From Bacillota bacterium (GTDB lineage: Bacteria; Bacillota; Clostridia; Lachnospirales; Lachnospiraceae), in assembly GCA_023408815.1 (NCBI GenBank), contig JAEYJO010000074.1, positions 6,768-70,767 of the forward strand: a stretch of 64,000 nucleotides of DNA, in the 5' to 3' direction. Made by a program: the position numbers and the translations under genes. Every line of letters begins with the position of its first letter. Within the stretch, counting starts at the first letter, position 1. Below, piece by piece: positions 1 through 9,975 of this stretch. The notes below the pieces were generated by a model. The model did not search any database. It was given only the letters and a program-made list of their open reading frames with translations, and was not told where the DNA came from.

Positions 1-778
1 CAGCCTCAGGAGAAGCAGGCTTCTCTCCTGTTTGCAAATACGCCTTGATTTCCCTGAATATCCAAGGATTTCCTCTGACCGCACGACCTATCATCACACC
101 ATCGCAGCCGGTTTGCTCCATCAGTCTCGCCGCCGATTCTCCGTCAGTCACATCTCCGTTTCCGATGACCGGAATGTGAACGGCTTCCTTTACCTTAGCG
201 ATAATATCCCAATCCGCTTCTCCTGCATAATATTGCTCTCTCGTCCGTCCGTGCACCGTTACCGCCGCAGCTCCTGCTGCCTCTGCCGCCTTTGCAATTT
301 CCACAGCATTCACATGCGCATCGTCAAAGCCCTTTCTGATTTTTACGGTGACTGGCTTTTTGATTGCTTTTACCGTCTCCGCTACGATTTTCTCCACCAA
401 TACCGGATTTTTCATAAGAGCCGAACCCTCACCGTTGCCTACGATCTTAGGCATCGGACATCCCATGTTGATATCCAGCACGGCAAATGGCCGCTCCTCG
501 ATCCTTTTCGCCATTTCGCTTATAATATGCGGATCCGAACCGAAAAGCTGTAAGGAAACGGGAAGCTCCTCCGGGTGTATCTCAAGGAGCTCTTCCGTGT
601 TCTTGTTATTATACATAATCGCTTTGGCACTGACCATTTCCATACATATGAGCCCGGCACCCTGCTCCTTGCATAGCAAGCGAAACGGCAGGTCGGTAAC
701 ACCTGCCATGGGGGCTAATATGATATTATTTTCCAGTATGGCATCTCCTATCCGCAGAGGCCTTAATTTACTTTCCAT
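1..778 (-). CDS. dusB: tRNA-dihydrouridine synthase (runs off the left edge)
   Basis: Manual minus-strand translation from ATG at 778 gives IILAPMAGVTDLPFR, EMVSAK, DINMGCP, VTVKIRKG, VHGRTR and GNGDV motifs; absent from the ORF track. Confidence 0.92.
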   Translation of the reverse strand, partial: MESKLRPLRIGDAILENNIILAPMAGVTDLPFRLLCKEQGAGLICMEMVSAKAIMYNNKNTEELLEIHPEELPVSLQLFGSDPHIISEMAKRIEERPFAVLDINMGCPMPKIVGNGEGSALMKNPVLVEKIVAETVKAIKKPVTVKIRKGFDDAHVNAVEIAKAAEAAGAAAVTVHGRTREQYYAGEADWDIIAKVKEAVHIPVIGNGDVTDGESAARLMEQTGCDGVMIGRAVRGNPWIFREIKAYLQTGEKPASPEA

Positions 779-781
779 TTT

Positions 782-1552
782 TTATTTCCTGTTCTTATCA
801 TAGATTATCCTCAGTCCGTCCAAAGTAAGCGTACTGCAATAAATATCGATGCTCTCCGCTTCCTCCGAAATCAACCGGCCAAGTCCTCCCGTCGCCACCG
901 TTTTCAGATTGTCAAAGCCGCTTTCTTTCTTGACCTGCCCCACGATATATTCCGTCTGTCCGATTTGTCCGTATACAAGTCCTGCCTGCATGCTGGATAT
1001 GGTTTCCTGCGCCAGAATGGACTTAGGCTTCTTGATTTCTACCTCAGGCAGCTTCGCCGTATGCTCCCACAAAGCCTTCGCGCTGATACGGACGCCCGGC
1101 GCTGTGATACCGGCCGCAAAACAGCCGTCCTCCGTTACGAGGTCATAGGTGGTCGCCGTACCGAAATCCACTACCAGAACCGGTCCCCCGTAAATCTCAT
1201 ATGCAGCTACCGCATCAACAATCCGGTCCGGTCCGATTTCCCGCGGATTTTCGGTTATAATTTTGATTCCGGTCTTCACTCCCGGGCCTACAATAACCGG
1301 CACAGTTCCCAGATATCTGGATACTCCGCCTATCAGTGCGTGCATGATATTAGGAACGACGCTGGCGATAATCGTTCCCTCCAAATCCGTTTTGCTTATA
1401 TTATTGATTCTAAGAAGTTCCGTAATGCTCATGCCATACTCATCTGAAGTGCGCTCCATCCTCGTGGTCATGCGAAAAGTAGTCACAAGCTCCTTATCAT
1501 TATATACACCAAAGGTTATATTCGTGTTTCCTGCATCTATTACAAGTATCAT
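782..1552 (-). CDS. coaX: Type III pantothenate kinase
   Basis: [22 protein letters not shown] and ATGG motifs. Confidence 0.95.
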   Translation of the reverse strand: MILVIDAGNTNITFGVYNDKELVTTFRMTTRMERTSDEYGMSITELLRINNISKTDLEGTIIASVVPNIMHALIGGVSRYLGTVPVIVGPGVKTGIKIITENPREIGPDRIVDAVAAYEIYGGPVLVVDFGTATTYDLVTEDGCFAAGITAPGVRISAKALWEHTAKLPEVEIKKPKSILAQETISSMQAGLVYGQIGQTEYIVGQVKKESGFDNLKTVATGGLGRLISEEAESIDIYCSTLTLDGLRIIYDKNRK

Positions 1553-1591
1553 ATTTATACCCGTGCTCCTTTCAAGGTCCTGCTCATTCTC

Positions 1592-1960
1592 TTATGCTTC
1601 TTCCAAATCAAGCTTCTCCTGCAGGACAAAAATACGGTAGTAAAGGCTTAACGATTCGAATAGCTCCTGCCTGCTGCCTCTTATTTTACTCACCATCAGT
1701 CCGCTGCTTATCTCATCATACAGAAAATCGTCCTCTGCAAAATTCGTTTCAAGGGAAACAGTACCGTCCTCTTCGAATACCACCGTGAAAATCCCTCCTA
1801 CCTCTTCGGTAAAGAGCACACATATGATGTGCAGCTCGTCCTTAATGGAACTGGGAATCCCATCGAACTTATCGTTAAAATAATATTTCTGCTCATAAGA
1901 ATTTGCACCGCATAAAACAATTCTATTTTCTTCCATTTCTATAAAACGTGCTCCTTTCAC
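1592..1960 (-). CDS. Hypothetical acidic protein
   Basis: Co-oriented ORF between birA and coaX; start may be the second Met. Confidence 0.75.
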   Translation of the reverse strand: MKGARFIEMEENRIVLCGANSYEQKYYFNDKFDGIPSSIKDELHIICVLFTEEVGGIFTVVFEEDGTVSLETNFAEDDFLYDEISSGLMVSKIRGSRQELFESLSLYYRIFVLQEKLDLEEA

Positions 1961-1986
1961 AGATTTCTTCCGGACGCTTTTCGGTA

Positions 1987-2967
1987 TCAGGTATAACCGA
2001 ACAAGCCTCTTACCGATACTTCTCCGGCATATATCCTTGCGATTTCCCCATCTTCCTTCTCTACCAGCAGCTCTCCCGACGAATCGATTCCTCTGGCGAT
2101 TCCTTCAAATTCGCCTGCGGGATCCAGCACCCGCACTTGTTTGTCCACATTCACCAGATGCTTCACATACTCGGCCCGAATCCCCGTCAGATCCTGGGTC
2201 TGCAGAAAAATCTCATAATTATATTCAAAGTGCTTCAATACATTTTGCAAAAGCTCGGCACGCGGCCACTGCATCCCGCTCTCCAGAAACAACGAGGTTG
2301 CCGTCCCGGTTATTTCCTCCGGAAACTGTGCCAGATTCACATTGATGCCCGCACCGATAACTACATACTGGATATAGCCCGGCTCCACATTCATCTCCGT
2401 CAGTATTCCGCAGACTTTCTTGCCGTTTACCACAATATCGTTGGGCCATTTAATTCCTGTCGTCAGCCCGCAGAAGGCCTCCACCGCCTGAGCCACGGAA
2501 AGCGCCATGACGAGCGTTAGGCTCGATGCCTTATCCGGGGCGAAATCAGGCCGCAGTAAAAGAGTAAAATAAATATCTTTTCCCGCAGGAGACTGCCATA
2601 CCCTCCCCCGCCTTCCCCTTCCGGCATTTTGTTTATCCGCAACTGCAACCGTCCCGTGGGGAGCTCCCTCCTCCGCAAGACGCTTAGCATCGATATTGGT
2701 AGAACCGGTTTCTTCATAAAAATAAACCGTGTTTCCCGCCCATCTATTATGGATGCGGCTCTTTAATTCGCTTAAGGTGAGTACATCCGGATTTTCCTTC
2801 AGCTTATAGCCCTTATTCTGGACCGCCTCTATCACATAGCCCTCTTCCTTCAATTGCTTCATTACTTTCCAGACCGCTGTCCTCGACACGCCGAACCGGT
2901 TACAAAGCTCCTGCCCGGAAACGTAGTCCTCACTTTCCCTAAGGAGAGTCAAAATTTCTGTTTTCAT
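1987..2967 (-). CDS. birA: Bifunctional biotin ligase/biotin repressor
   Basis: N-terminal HTH (VSRTAVWK), QNAGRGRRGR, IKWPND and KKVCGIL. Confidence 0.96.
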   Translation of the reverse strand: MKTEILTLLRESEDYVSGQELCNRFGVSRTAVWKVMKQLKEEGYVIEAVQNKGYKLKENPDVLTLSELKSRIHNRWAGNTVYFYEETGSTNIDAKRLAEEGAPHGTVAVADKQNAGRGRRGRVWQSPAGKDIYFTLLLRPDFAPDKASSLTLVMALSVAQAVEAFCGLTTGIKWPNDIVVNGKKVCGILTEMNVEPGYIQYVVIGAGINVNLAQFPEEITGTATSLFLESGMQWPRAELLQNVLKHFEYNYEIFLQTQDLTGIRAEYVKHLVNVDKQVRVLDPAGEFEGIARGIDSSGELLVEKEDGEIARIYAGEVSVRGLFGYT

Positions 2968-2969
2968 AC

Positions 2970-3965
2970 TTATTCCAAAACCCCAATCGTCGCCGCCATT
3001 ACCGCCTTAATCGTGTGCATACGGTTTTCCGCCTCTTGGAACACGATAGACGCCCCAGACTCAAATACTTCGTCCGTCACTTCCATTTCTGTAATGCCGA
3101 ATCTTTCTCCCATTTCTTTTCCGATTACCGTCTTCAAATCGTGGAAAGCAGGCAAACAGTGCATGAATACCGCCTTTTCTCCGGCATTTTCCATCACCTT
3201 ACAGTTTACCTGATAGGGCGAAAGCTCCTCGATGCGCTCCGTCCAGACCTCCGCGGGCTCTCCCATGGAAACCCATACGTCCGTGTAGATTACATCCGCA
3301 TTCTTCGTTCCTTCCTCTACGCTCTCCGTCAGTTCGATCGTACCGCCGGTCGCCGCAGCTAACCTTTGGCATTCTTCTACCAACGCTTTCTCAGGAAAAT
3401 ATTTCTTAGCCGTACACGCTGTAAAATGCATTCCCATCTTCGCGCAGGCCACCATAAGGGAATTTCCCATGTTGTAACGAGCGTCTCCCATATAAGTCAA
3501 TTTGATACCCTTCAAATAGCCAAAGTGTTCTCTGATGGTCAGTAGATCCGCCAACATCTGAGTCGGATGGAATTCGTTGGTCAAGCCGTTCCATACTGGG
3601 ACTCCCGCATACTTCGCCAATTCCTCTACGATTTCCTGACCGTATCCGCGATATTCGATGCCCTCGTACATGCCTCCAAGTACTCTCGCCGTATCTGCAA
3701 TGCTCTCCTTTTTTCCTATCTGAGAGCCCACCGGATCAAGATAAGTAGTTCCCATACCCAGATCATGAGCTGCCACTTCGAACGCACATCTCGTTCTCGT
3801 GCTTGTTTTTTCAAAAATCAACGCTACATTCTTCCCTGTATGCCACTGGGTCAAAACTCCTTTTTTCTTCTTATCTTTTAAGTCTGCCGATAAATCGAGC
3901 AAATATGTAATCTCCTCCGGCGTAAAATCCAACAGCTTCAAAAAATGACGTCCCTTTAGATCCAT
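2970..3965 (-). CDS. argF: Ornithine carbamoyltransferase
   Basis: STRTR, HPTQ, SMG and HCLP motifs. Confidence 0.97.
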   Translation of the reverse strand: MDLKGRHFLKLLDFTPEEITYLLDLSADLKDKKKKGVLTQWHTGKNVALIFEKTSTRTRCAFEVAAHDLGMGTTYLDPVGSQIGKKESIADTARVLGGMYEGIEYRGYGQEIVEELAKYAGVPVWNGLTNEFHPTQMLADLLTIREHFGYLKGIKLTYMGDARYNMGNSLMVACAKMGMHFTACTAKKYFPEKALVEECQRLAAATGGTIELTESVEEGTKNADVIYTDVWVSMGEPAEVWTERIEELSPYQVNCKVMENAGEKAVFMHCLPAFHDLKTVIGKEMGERFGITEMEVTDEVFESGASIVFQEAENRMHTIKAVMAATIGVLE

Positions 3966-4089
3966 GTGTTCCTCCTGCCTCTCCTGAATGTACCAAACTA
4001 GTGTCTTCTCTCGTTTTAATATTTTACAGCGTTATGAAATTCCGGCAGCCGGAAACTTTCTTCCAACTACCGGAACTGATAAGCTTTTT

Positions 4090-5019
4090 TTATTTGCTAA
4101 TGTTACTATCCACAGCGATTTCCTTAATGGAAGAAACCAGACCTGCCACACCCTGAATCTCAGAAGGAATGATAATCTTGGTCGCCTTACCGTCCGCCGC
4201 TTTCGCAAACGCTTCAAGACTCTTAAGTGTAATAACTGCCTGATCCGCACCTGCTTCGCGTATCATACGAATGCCGTCCGCTGTCGCCTTCTGTACCGTA
4301 AGAATCGCTTCTGCCTCACCTTCCGCCTCACGGATCATCTTCATCTTCTCCGCTTCCGCGCCGAGGATCGCCGACTGCTTATGAGCCTCTGCTTCCAGAA
4401 TCACCGATTCCTTCTGGCCTTCCGCCACGAGAATCGTAGACTTCTTCTCGCCTTCCGCTCTCAGAATGGACTCGCGGCGTTCACGTTCCGCCTTCATCTG
4501 CTTCTCCATGGCATCCTGAATAGCTGCCGGAGGAACAATATTCTTAAGCTCCACACGGTTCACCTTGATTCCCCACGGGTCGGTGGCGGAATCGAGAGTT
4601 GCTCTCATCTTCGTATTAACGATTTCTCTGGAGGTGAGCGTCTGATCCAACTCCATATCGCCGATGATATTACGCAGCGTTGTCGCCGCCAGATTCTCGA
4701 TAGCCATAATCGGATTCTCTACTCCGTATGCGTAAAGCTTCGGATCCGTAATCTGGAAAAATACTACCGTATCGATACGCATCGTTACGTTATCCTTTGT
4801 AATTACCGGCTGAGGAGCAAAATCTGCTACCTGCTCCTTCAGGTTTACCCGCCTCGCTACTCTATCGATAAACGGCACTTTGAAGTGAAGTCCTACCGAC
4901 CATGTGCTCTGATAAGCGCCGAGTCTTTCCAAAACAATCGCATTTGCCTGCGGCACGATCTTGATACAGGATACCAAGACCAAAATAAGTATGACTAAAA
5001 CAATAGCTAATATTACCAT
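4090..5019 (-). CDS. SPFH/band-7 (QmcA-like) membrane protein
   Basis: N-terminal TM, ITKDNV, WGIKVNRVE and AERERR coiled coil; paired with NfeD. Confidence 0.93.
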   Translation of the reverse strand: MVILAIVLVILILVLVSCIKIVPQANAIVLERLGAYQSTWSVGLHFKVPFIDRVARRVNLKEQVADFAPQPVITKDNVTMRIDTVVFFQITDPKLYAYGVENPIMAIENLAATTLRNIIGDMELDQTLTSREIVNTKMRATLDSATDPWGIKVNRVELKNIVPPAAIQDAMEKQMKAERERRESILRAEGEKKSTILVAEGQKESVILEAEAHKQSAILGAEAEKMKMIREAEGEAEAILTVQKATADGIRMIREAGADQAVITLKSLEAFAKAADGKATKIIIPSEIQGVAGLVSSIKEIAVDSNISK

Positions 5020-5021
5020 AA

Positions 5022-5483
5022 TTAATCCTCCTTTTTCTTCTCCTCAACAATGAGTTTCACCCCATTAATAGCAACTATGTTCACTACGCTTCCTGTTGTC
5101 AGCTTCACATTATCATCCGACATCCGTGCGGACCATTCCAGCCCGTTAACAGTCACTTGTCCGATTCCCTGCAGATTATCGATCTCGCTGGTGACAATTG
5201 CCTGTCTTCCTACAAGGCTCTCCGCATTCGTCTTCACCCTGTCCTTGTTGAAGTACCTTACTGCAATAGGTCTTGTAAAATAAAGAAGCACAAGAGATAC
5301 CGCTAAAAAAAGGACTATCTGCAAAGCAACCGGAGCTCCAAAAACCGCGGCAATTACTGCTACGAGAGCACCTCCTGCAAACCAGATTGTGGTAAGTCCC
5401 ATGGTCCCTATCTCAACCACTATAAACAAAACCAGTGCAATAAGCCATAAAATAGTGTAATCCATATTCAGTCTCCCTTCCAT
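5022..5483 (-). CDS. NfeD-family membrane protein
   Basis: Hydrophobic N-half, then SLVGRQAIV..GQVTVNGLEWSA; adjacent to SPFH gene. Confidence 0.9.
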   Translation of the reverse strand: MEGRLNMDYTILWLIALVLFIVVEIGTMGLTTIWFAGGALVAVIAAVFGAPVALQIVLFLAVSLVLLYFTRPIAVRYFNKDRVKTNAESLVGRQAIVTSEIDNLQGIGQVTVNGLEWSARMSDDNVKLTTGSVVNIVAINGVKLIVEEKKKED

Positions 5484-5536
5484 GACTTTCTTATATCTTA
5501 CTATATTTCGGCGTTTTATTCAATATTACATTTACA

Positions 5537-5700
5537 CAGAACAAAAGTGTGCTTTCGCACACTCTCACAGCCAGGTACTTTGGCAGCACAGCTTTTGTTC
5601 CGCGCGCAGCTGCGCCGCCTGCCCGAAGGGCTTTTCTCTTATAGGACGTACGTCCTATAAGAGAAAAGGTTTTGTACATATCGAATATGCACAAAACCTT
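5537..5700. repeat. Cluster of palindromes/hairpins including a perfect 38-bp palindrome (5631-5668) and a terminator-like hairpin (5666-5700)
   Basis: CTTTTCTCTTATAGGACGT|ACGTCCTATAAGAGAAAAG; GTGTGC-TTTC-GCACAC; GCCCGAAGGGC. Confidence 0.8.
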
Positions 5701-5719
5701 ATAATCAGAAAAATGACAT

Positions 5720-6901
5720 TTACCAGAATACATGGTCTCCTATTACGATTCCATCATGAGCGCCGGCTCTCTTGAAATGGGTTGCCGTTCCTACATTGGA
5801 CGCTCCGCCTATCGCTTCCTGTGCCGCCTTTATGCAGCTTTCCGGAATATTTCCTCCATAGACCTTAGCTACTTTCCCGTTAAGCGCCGGAGTGAACTGG
5901 CCCGAAGCGTAAATGACGCCCGTAATGGAATTCGGATATGCACCGCTCCTTACACGGTTCATGACCACAGCTCCTACCGCCAGATGTCCTTCGTAGCCCT
6001 GATTCCCCGCTTCACAATAAATCAAAGCAGCGAGTAGTCTTGTATCGTCCGCACCCACTACAACAGCTCCTTGATTAGTCGTGAGCTTCGCCTTGGCTTC
6101 CGCCTCCGCTTTTTCCCTCGCCTTGATCGCGGTAACGGTCTCACCCTCGTCGATGTGGAAATCCAGATTTACGAATTCAGATGAAACATAGCCTATCTCA
6201 TTACCATATGCCACACTGATCCAGTCATCGTCCAACACCTCGATCACATCCAGCTCATCGTCCTGTGCCATCAGCACATATATGCCTGCCTCGGTGTTAG
6301 GCTCCCTACGTACCCGTAATGCATCCGTCTCTATGGTCACGATTAGATTACCTACTTCTCCCGCCATCTCCTCGGCATCCTCACCGAAAAGAAGATATTC
6401 ATCGTTGGCCCATCCTACCAAATCGCCGGACTGCAATTTCGTCCATCCGTCCCTTCTCTCCAAGATCTTACCGCCGCAGTCCTTGTATAGCAATCCTACC
6501 TTTTCCGCATCCTCGCCGGCCTCTGCCCGCACATTCAACGCGTTCTGAACATCCGCCATGACGAGATTCGAATCCGGCTGCTCTTGCGCGGCGGGTTCTG
6601 CCTTCTCTTCCTGAACTATATTATCAAATACAGGCTCTTCCAAAATAACATCCTCAGCGGATACTTGCGCCGAATTATCCGACACACTGCTCTCACCTCT
6701 GGCTTCCGTGCTGGGATCCAGCATTTTAGCCACTCCTACGGTAAGTGAATCCAAATATTCCTTGCTGCCCGTAGTATTCTCGCCGGCTGCCGCTCTGATA
6801 TCCATGGACATCAACATGACAATCGCCAACACAATACCTGACAACCTATAAAACAACTTTATTCTTCTTGACATTTCATTCCCTCCAAGCTTGTGCTCCA
6901 T
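5720..6901 (-). CDS. Secreted SH3b-domain cell-wall hydrolase (SleB/Hydrolase_2 family)
   Basis: Signal-like N-terminus, two LNVR/LRVR SH3b-like repeats, LAALIYCEAG..VGAVVMNRV..GQF and C-terminal IGDHVF. Confidence 0.88.
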   Translation of the reverse strand: MEHKLGGNEMSRRIKLFYRLSGIVLAIVMLMSMDIRAAAGENTTGSKEYLDSLTVGVAKMLDPSTEARGESSVSDNSAQVSAEDVILEEPVFDNIVQEEKAEPAAQEQPDSNLVMADVQNALNVRAEAGEDAEKVGLLYKDCGGKILERRDGWTKLQSGDLVGWANDEYLLFGEDAEEMAGEVGNLIVTIETDALRVRREPNTEAGIYVLMAQDDELDVIEVLDDDWISVAYGNEIGYVSSEFVNLDFHIDEGETVTAIKAREKAEAEAKAKLTTNQGAVVVGADDTRLLAALIYCEAGNQGYEGHLAVGAVVMNRVRSGAYPNSITGVIYASGQFTPALNGKVAKVYGGNIPESCIKAAQEAIGGASNVGTATHFKRAGAHDGIVIGDHVFW

Positions 6902-7102
6902 GCAAAATATTCCCGCAAAAAAACACTTACTCTTACTGCTATCATATGTAATTATTACAAATTTGTTAATTTTATTACGCGAATAATAATAACAAATGAA
7001 GCAGTCATTGTCAAGTTTACGCTGTTTTCCTTGATTTTATGCACTTGTCCCGTAAAAACTATGTGATAATTTTTCCTTTTTTCCCCACATATGTTACAAA
7101 AT

Positions 7103-7897
7103 TTATAACTTTTTCGACTTCTCCACGCAGGCGCTTAATGCTTCCATTACCGCCGAGCGCATTCCTTTTTCTTCCAGCACCCTGACACCCTCGATAGTGG
7201 TGCCTCCGGGAGAACATACCATGTCTTTTAATTCTCCTGGATGCATTCCGGTCTCCAATACCATCTTCGCACTTCCAAGCACCGCCTGGGAGGCGAACTC
7301 ATAGGCCTGCTTCCTCGGCATTCCAGCCCCTACCGCTGCATCCGCCATAGCTTCTATAAACATGAATACATAAGCCGGAGAGCTGCCGGAAACTGCTCCT
7401 GCTGCGTCCATAAGCCTTTCCGGAATAGAGATGGCTTTGCCGAAACTTCCCATCAGCTTTAAGCAAAACTCCTCCTCCTCCCTCTTTACTGACGAATTGA
7501 CACATACGGCCGTACATCCCTCTCCTACCAGCGCCGGGGTATTGGGCATACAGCGGATAAGCTTTATGGGCCTTGCAAACTCCTTCTCTATCCACTCCAT
7601 GGTCTTTCCCGCCGCAATGCTGATGAGCAGCTTATCCTCCGTTATTTCATCCCGTATTTCCTCTATTACTTCGGGGAAAAAAATGGGCTTTACCGCAAGA
7701 ATGAGTACATCCGCTTCCGCCGCCGTCTCTTTGTTGCTTCCTACGGTGCGAATGCCGAATTCCTTCCGCATCTTTTCCATCGTCGCATCAGTCTTCGACG
7801 ATCCGAAGATTTCCTCCTGCGTCACGATGTTTTGCTTCAGCATGCCGCCAATGATGGCCTTCGCCATATTTCCAAGTCCTATAAATCCTATCCGCAT
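7103..7897 (-). CDS. proC: Pyrroline-5-carboxylate reductase
   Basis: GFIGLGNM, RCMPNTP, SGSSPAY and VCSPGGTT. Confidence 0.97.
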   Translation of the reverse strand: MRIGFIGLGNMAKAIIGGMLKQNIVTQEEIFGSSKTDATMEKMRKEFGIRTVGSNKETAAEADVLILAVKPIFFPEVIEEIRDEITEDKLLISIAAGKTMEWIEKEFARPIKLIRCMPNTPALVGEGCTAVCVNSSVKREEEEFCLKLMGSFGKAISIPERLMDAAGAVSGSSPAYVFMFIEAMADAAVGAGMPRKQAYEFASQAVLGSAKMVLETGMHPGELKDMVCSPGGTTIEGVRVLEEKGMRSAVMEALSACVEKSKKL

Positions 7898-7914
7898 ATT
7901 TCATCCCTCCGTTT

Positions 7915-8706
7915 TTAATTTTCCCTCTGCCTTGCCGCTTCATACATAAGAAGAGAAGCGGAAACAGCAGCGTTCAGCGATTCCACCCGCCCCTTCATAG
8001 GAATCTTTATATAATTATCCGCCGCTTCAGACAGCTCTTCCGACAATCCGTTACCTTCATTTCCAATCAAAAAAGCCGTACCTCCCTTATAATCGCACTG
8101 GGAATAGCTCTTTTCTCCCCTTAAATGAGCCGCATATACCTTGACCCTGTTCTTTTGCAACTCCTTCACCGTCTGTACGATATCATCTGCATAAAAAAAC
8201 GGCACGCGATATACAGAGCCCATGGTGGAGCGTATCGTCTTCGGATTATATATGTCCACCGTATCTTTGCTCATGATCACTCCGCTCACCCCTGCACCTT
8301 CTCCGGCACGAAGGATGGTTCCGAGGTTACCAGGGTCCCTCAGTCCTTCTGCGACGAGAAAAAGCGGCACCTCCCCGCCTCCCAGCATGTCTTTCAGCGA
8401 GTAATGAAACTGCTTTAGCACACATAAAATCCCCTGCGGCGTCTGGGTATCAGATATTTTAGAAAAAACTTCCTCCGATACTGTTTCATATCTGCACTGC
8501 TCCAGCTTCTGCACGATCTGTGAAACCTTGTGAATGTCCTCCGACACATAGACCTCCAGAATACTCTCTAGAGGCGCCTCCAAAAACATTTTAATTCCCT
8601 CTGCAATGAAAACGCCCTCTTTTCTTCTCAGCCCGGCCTTTTTATTCAATTGTACGATGCTTTTCACTTTTTTGTTGGTCACGCTCGTTATCATATTTAT
8701 ACCCAT
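7915..8706 (-). CDS. TrmH/SpoU-family RNA methyltransferase
   Basis: DPGNLGTILR, GNEGNG and IPM..VESLNAAVS; start placed at ATG 8706 after RBS GAAAGGAG. Confidence 0.92.
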   Translation of the reverse strand: MGINMITSVTNKKVKSIVQLNKKAGLRRKEGVFIAEGIKMFLEAPLESILEVYVSEDIHKVSQIVQKLEQCRYETVSEEVFSKISDTQTPQGILCVLKQFHYSLKDMLGGGEVPLFLVAEGLRDPGNLGTILRAGEGAGVSGVIMSKDTVDIYNPKTIRSTMGSVYRVPFFYADDIVQTVKELQKNRVKVYAAHLRGEKSYSQCDYKGGTAFLIGNEGNGLSEELSEAADNYIKIPMKGRVESLNAAVSASLLMYEAARQREN

Positions 8707-8720
8707 GCTCCTTTCAGAGT

Positions 8721-8767
8721 CTGGAGACTTTGTGCAGGTGTGCAGGCACACCTGCACAAATCTCCGG
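8721..8767. repeat. Long hairpin (REP-like or terminator)
   Basis: TTTGTGCAGGTGTG-CAGG-CACACCTGCACAAA. Confidence 0.7.
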
Positions 8768-8880
8768 TTGAAAGAGTTAATTCTTTCCACCTTTCCACCG
8801 CCCGCATATTTACAATAGGCGGACCAGCACTTCCATGCGAGTCCGCCATAATATATATTTATCGTTACTATTCAGCCTTT

Positions 8881-9861
8881 TTACATCGAGAGCGCCCTGC
8901 TCACCTCATATTGGTAATCCGGTATTCCCTTCTGCATCGCAAGCGCCTCTTCGATATCGAAATCTTGAAATTCGCCCTTCTGATAGCCTACCACGCGGTT
9001 GGTCTTACCCTCACAGAGAATATCCGCCGCATAGGAACCCATAATAGACGCATAAAAACGGTCTTTACAGGTAGGACTTCCGCCTCTTTGCATGTAGCCT
9101 AAAATAGTCGCTCTGGTCTCTATACCGGTAGCCGCCTCTATTCTTCTCGCCATAGAGGTAGAATGACCGATTCCCTCCGCATTGATAATGATATGATGGG
9201 TCTTTCCGCGTTTTCTGTTATTGATAATATTGTTAATGATTCTCTGCTCATTGTAATCGTACTTCTCAGGAAGAAGAATATCCTCCGCACCGTTAGCCAC
9301 ACCGCACCAAAGAGCGATATAGCCTGCATTTCTGCCCATTACTTCAATAATGCTGCAGCGTTCATGAGAAGAAGACGTATCGCGCACCTTATCGATAGCC
9401 TGCATCGCTGTATTCACCGCAGTATCGAAGCCAATCGTATAGTCCGTACAGGTGATATCCAAGTCAATCGTTCCCGGAAGTCCAATGGTGTTGATTCCTC
9501 TTCTGGCCAAATCCTGCGCACCGCGGTACGAGCCGTCACCGCCTATGACCACAAGACCGTCTATACCATGCTTCCTGCAGATCTGCGCACCTTTCTCCTG
9601 TCCTTCTTCCGTCTTAAATTCTGCACAACGTGCTGTTCCGAGGATCGTACCTCCCCTTTGTATGATATCCGAGACGCTGTTTCTCTCCAAATCTATAATC
9701 TCTTCATTCAAAAGTCCTTGATAACCTTTTTTTATCCCTTTTACTTTTACCCCGTTGGCTATCGACTTTCTTACTACGGCGCGAATCGCCGCATTCATTC
9801 CCGGCGCATCTCCTCCGCTCGTCAATATTCCAACCGTTTTTATCTCTTTTGCCATTTTCAC
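8881..9861 (-). CDS. pfkA: 6-phosphofructokinase
   Basis: TSGGDAPGMN, GGDGS, TIDLD and EVMGR. Confidence 0.97.
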   Translation of the reverse strand: MKMAKEIKTVGILTSGGDAPGMNAAIRAVVRKSIANGVKVKGIKKGYQGLLNEEIIDLERNSVSDIIQRGGTILGTARCAEFKTEEGQEKGAQICRKHGIDGLVVIGGDGSYRGAQDLARRGINTIGLPGTIDLDITCTDYTIGFDTAVNTAMQAIDKVRDTSSSHERCSIIEVMGRNAGYIALWCGVANGAEDILLPEKYDYNEQRIINNIINNRKRGKTHHIIINAEGIGHSTSMARRIEAATGIETRATILGYMQRGGSPTCKDRFYASIMGSYAADILCEGKTNRVVGYQKGEFQDFDIEEALAMQKGIPDYQYEVSRALSM

Positions 9862-9975
9862 ACCTCTTCCATCCGTTTACCCGGATGCTTTGATAGATAA
9901 TTAACTTACTACATTCTACCTTGTTTCGGAACCGTTTTCAATATATTTTCTTCGTGTTTTTAACCCTATACAAAA

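Noticed and set aside
32..803. Plus-strand ORFs at the window start
   Set aside because: Shadows of minus-strand dusB.
8707..8790. N-terminal extension of the TrmH ORF
   Set aside because: Runs through a hairpin; a good RBS precedes ATG 8706.
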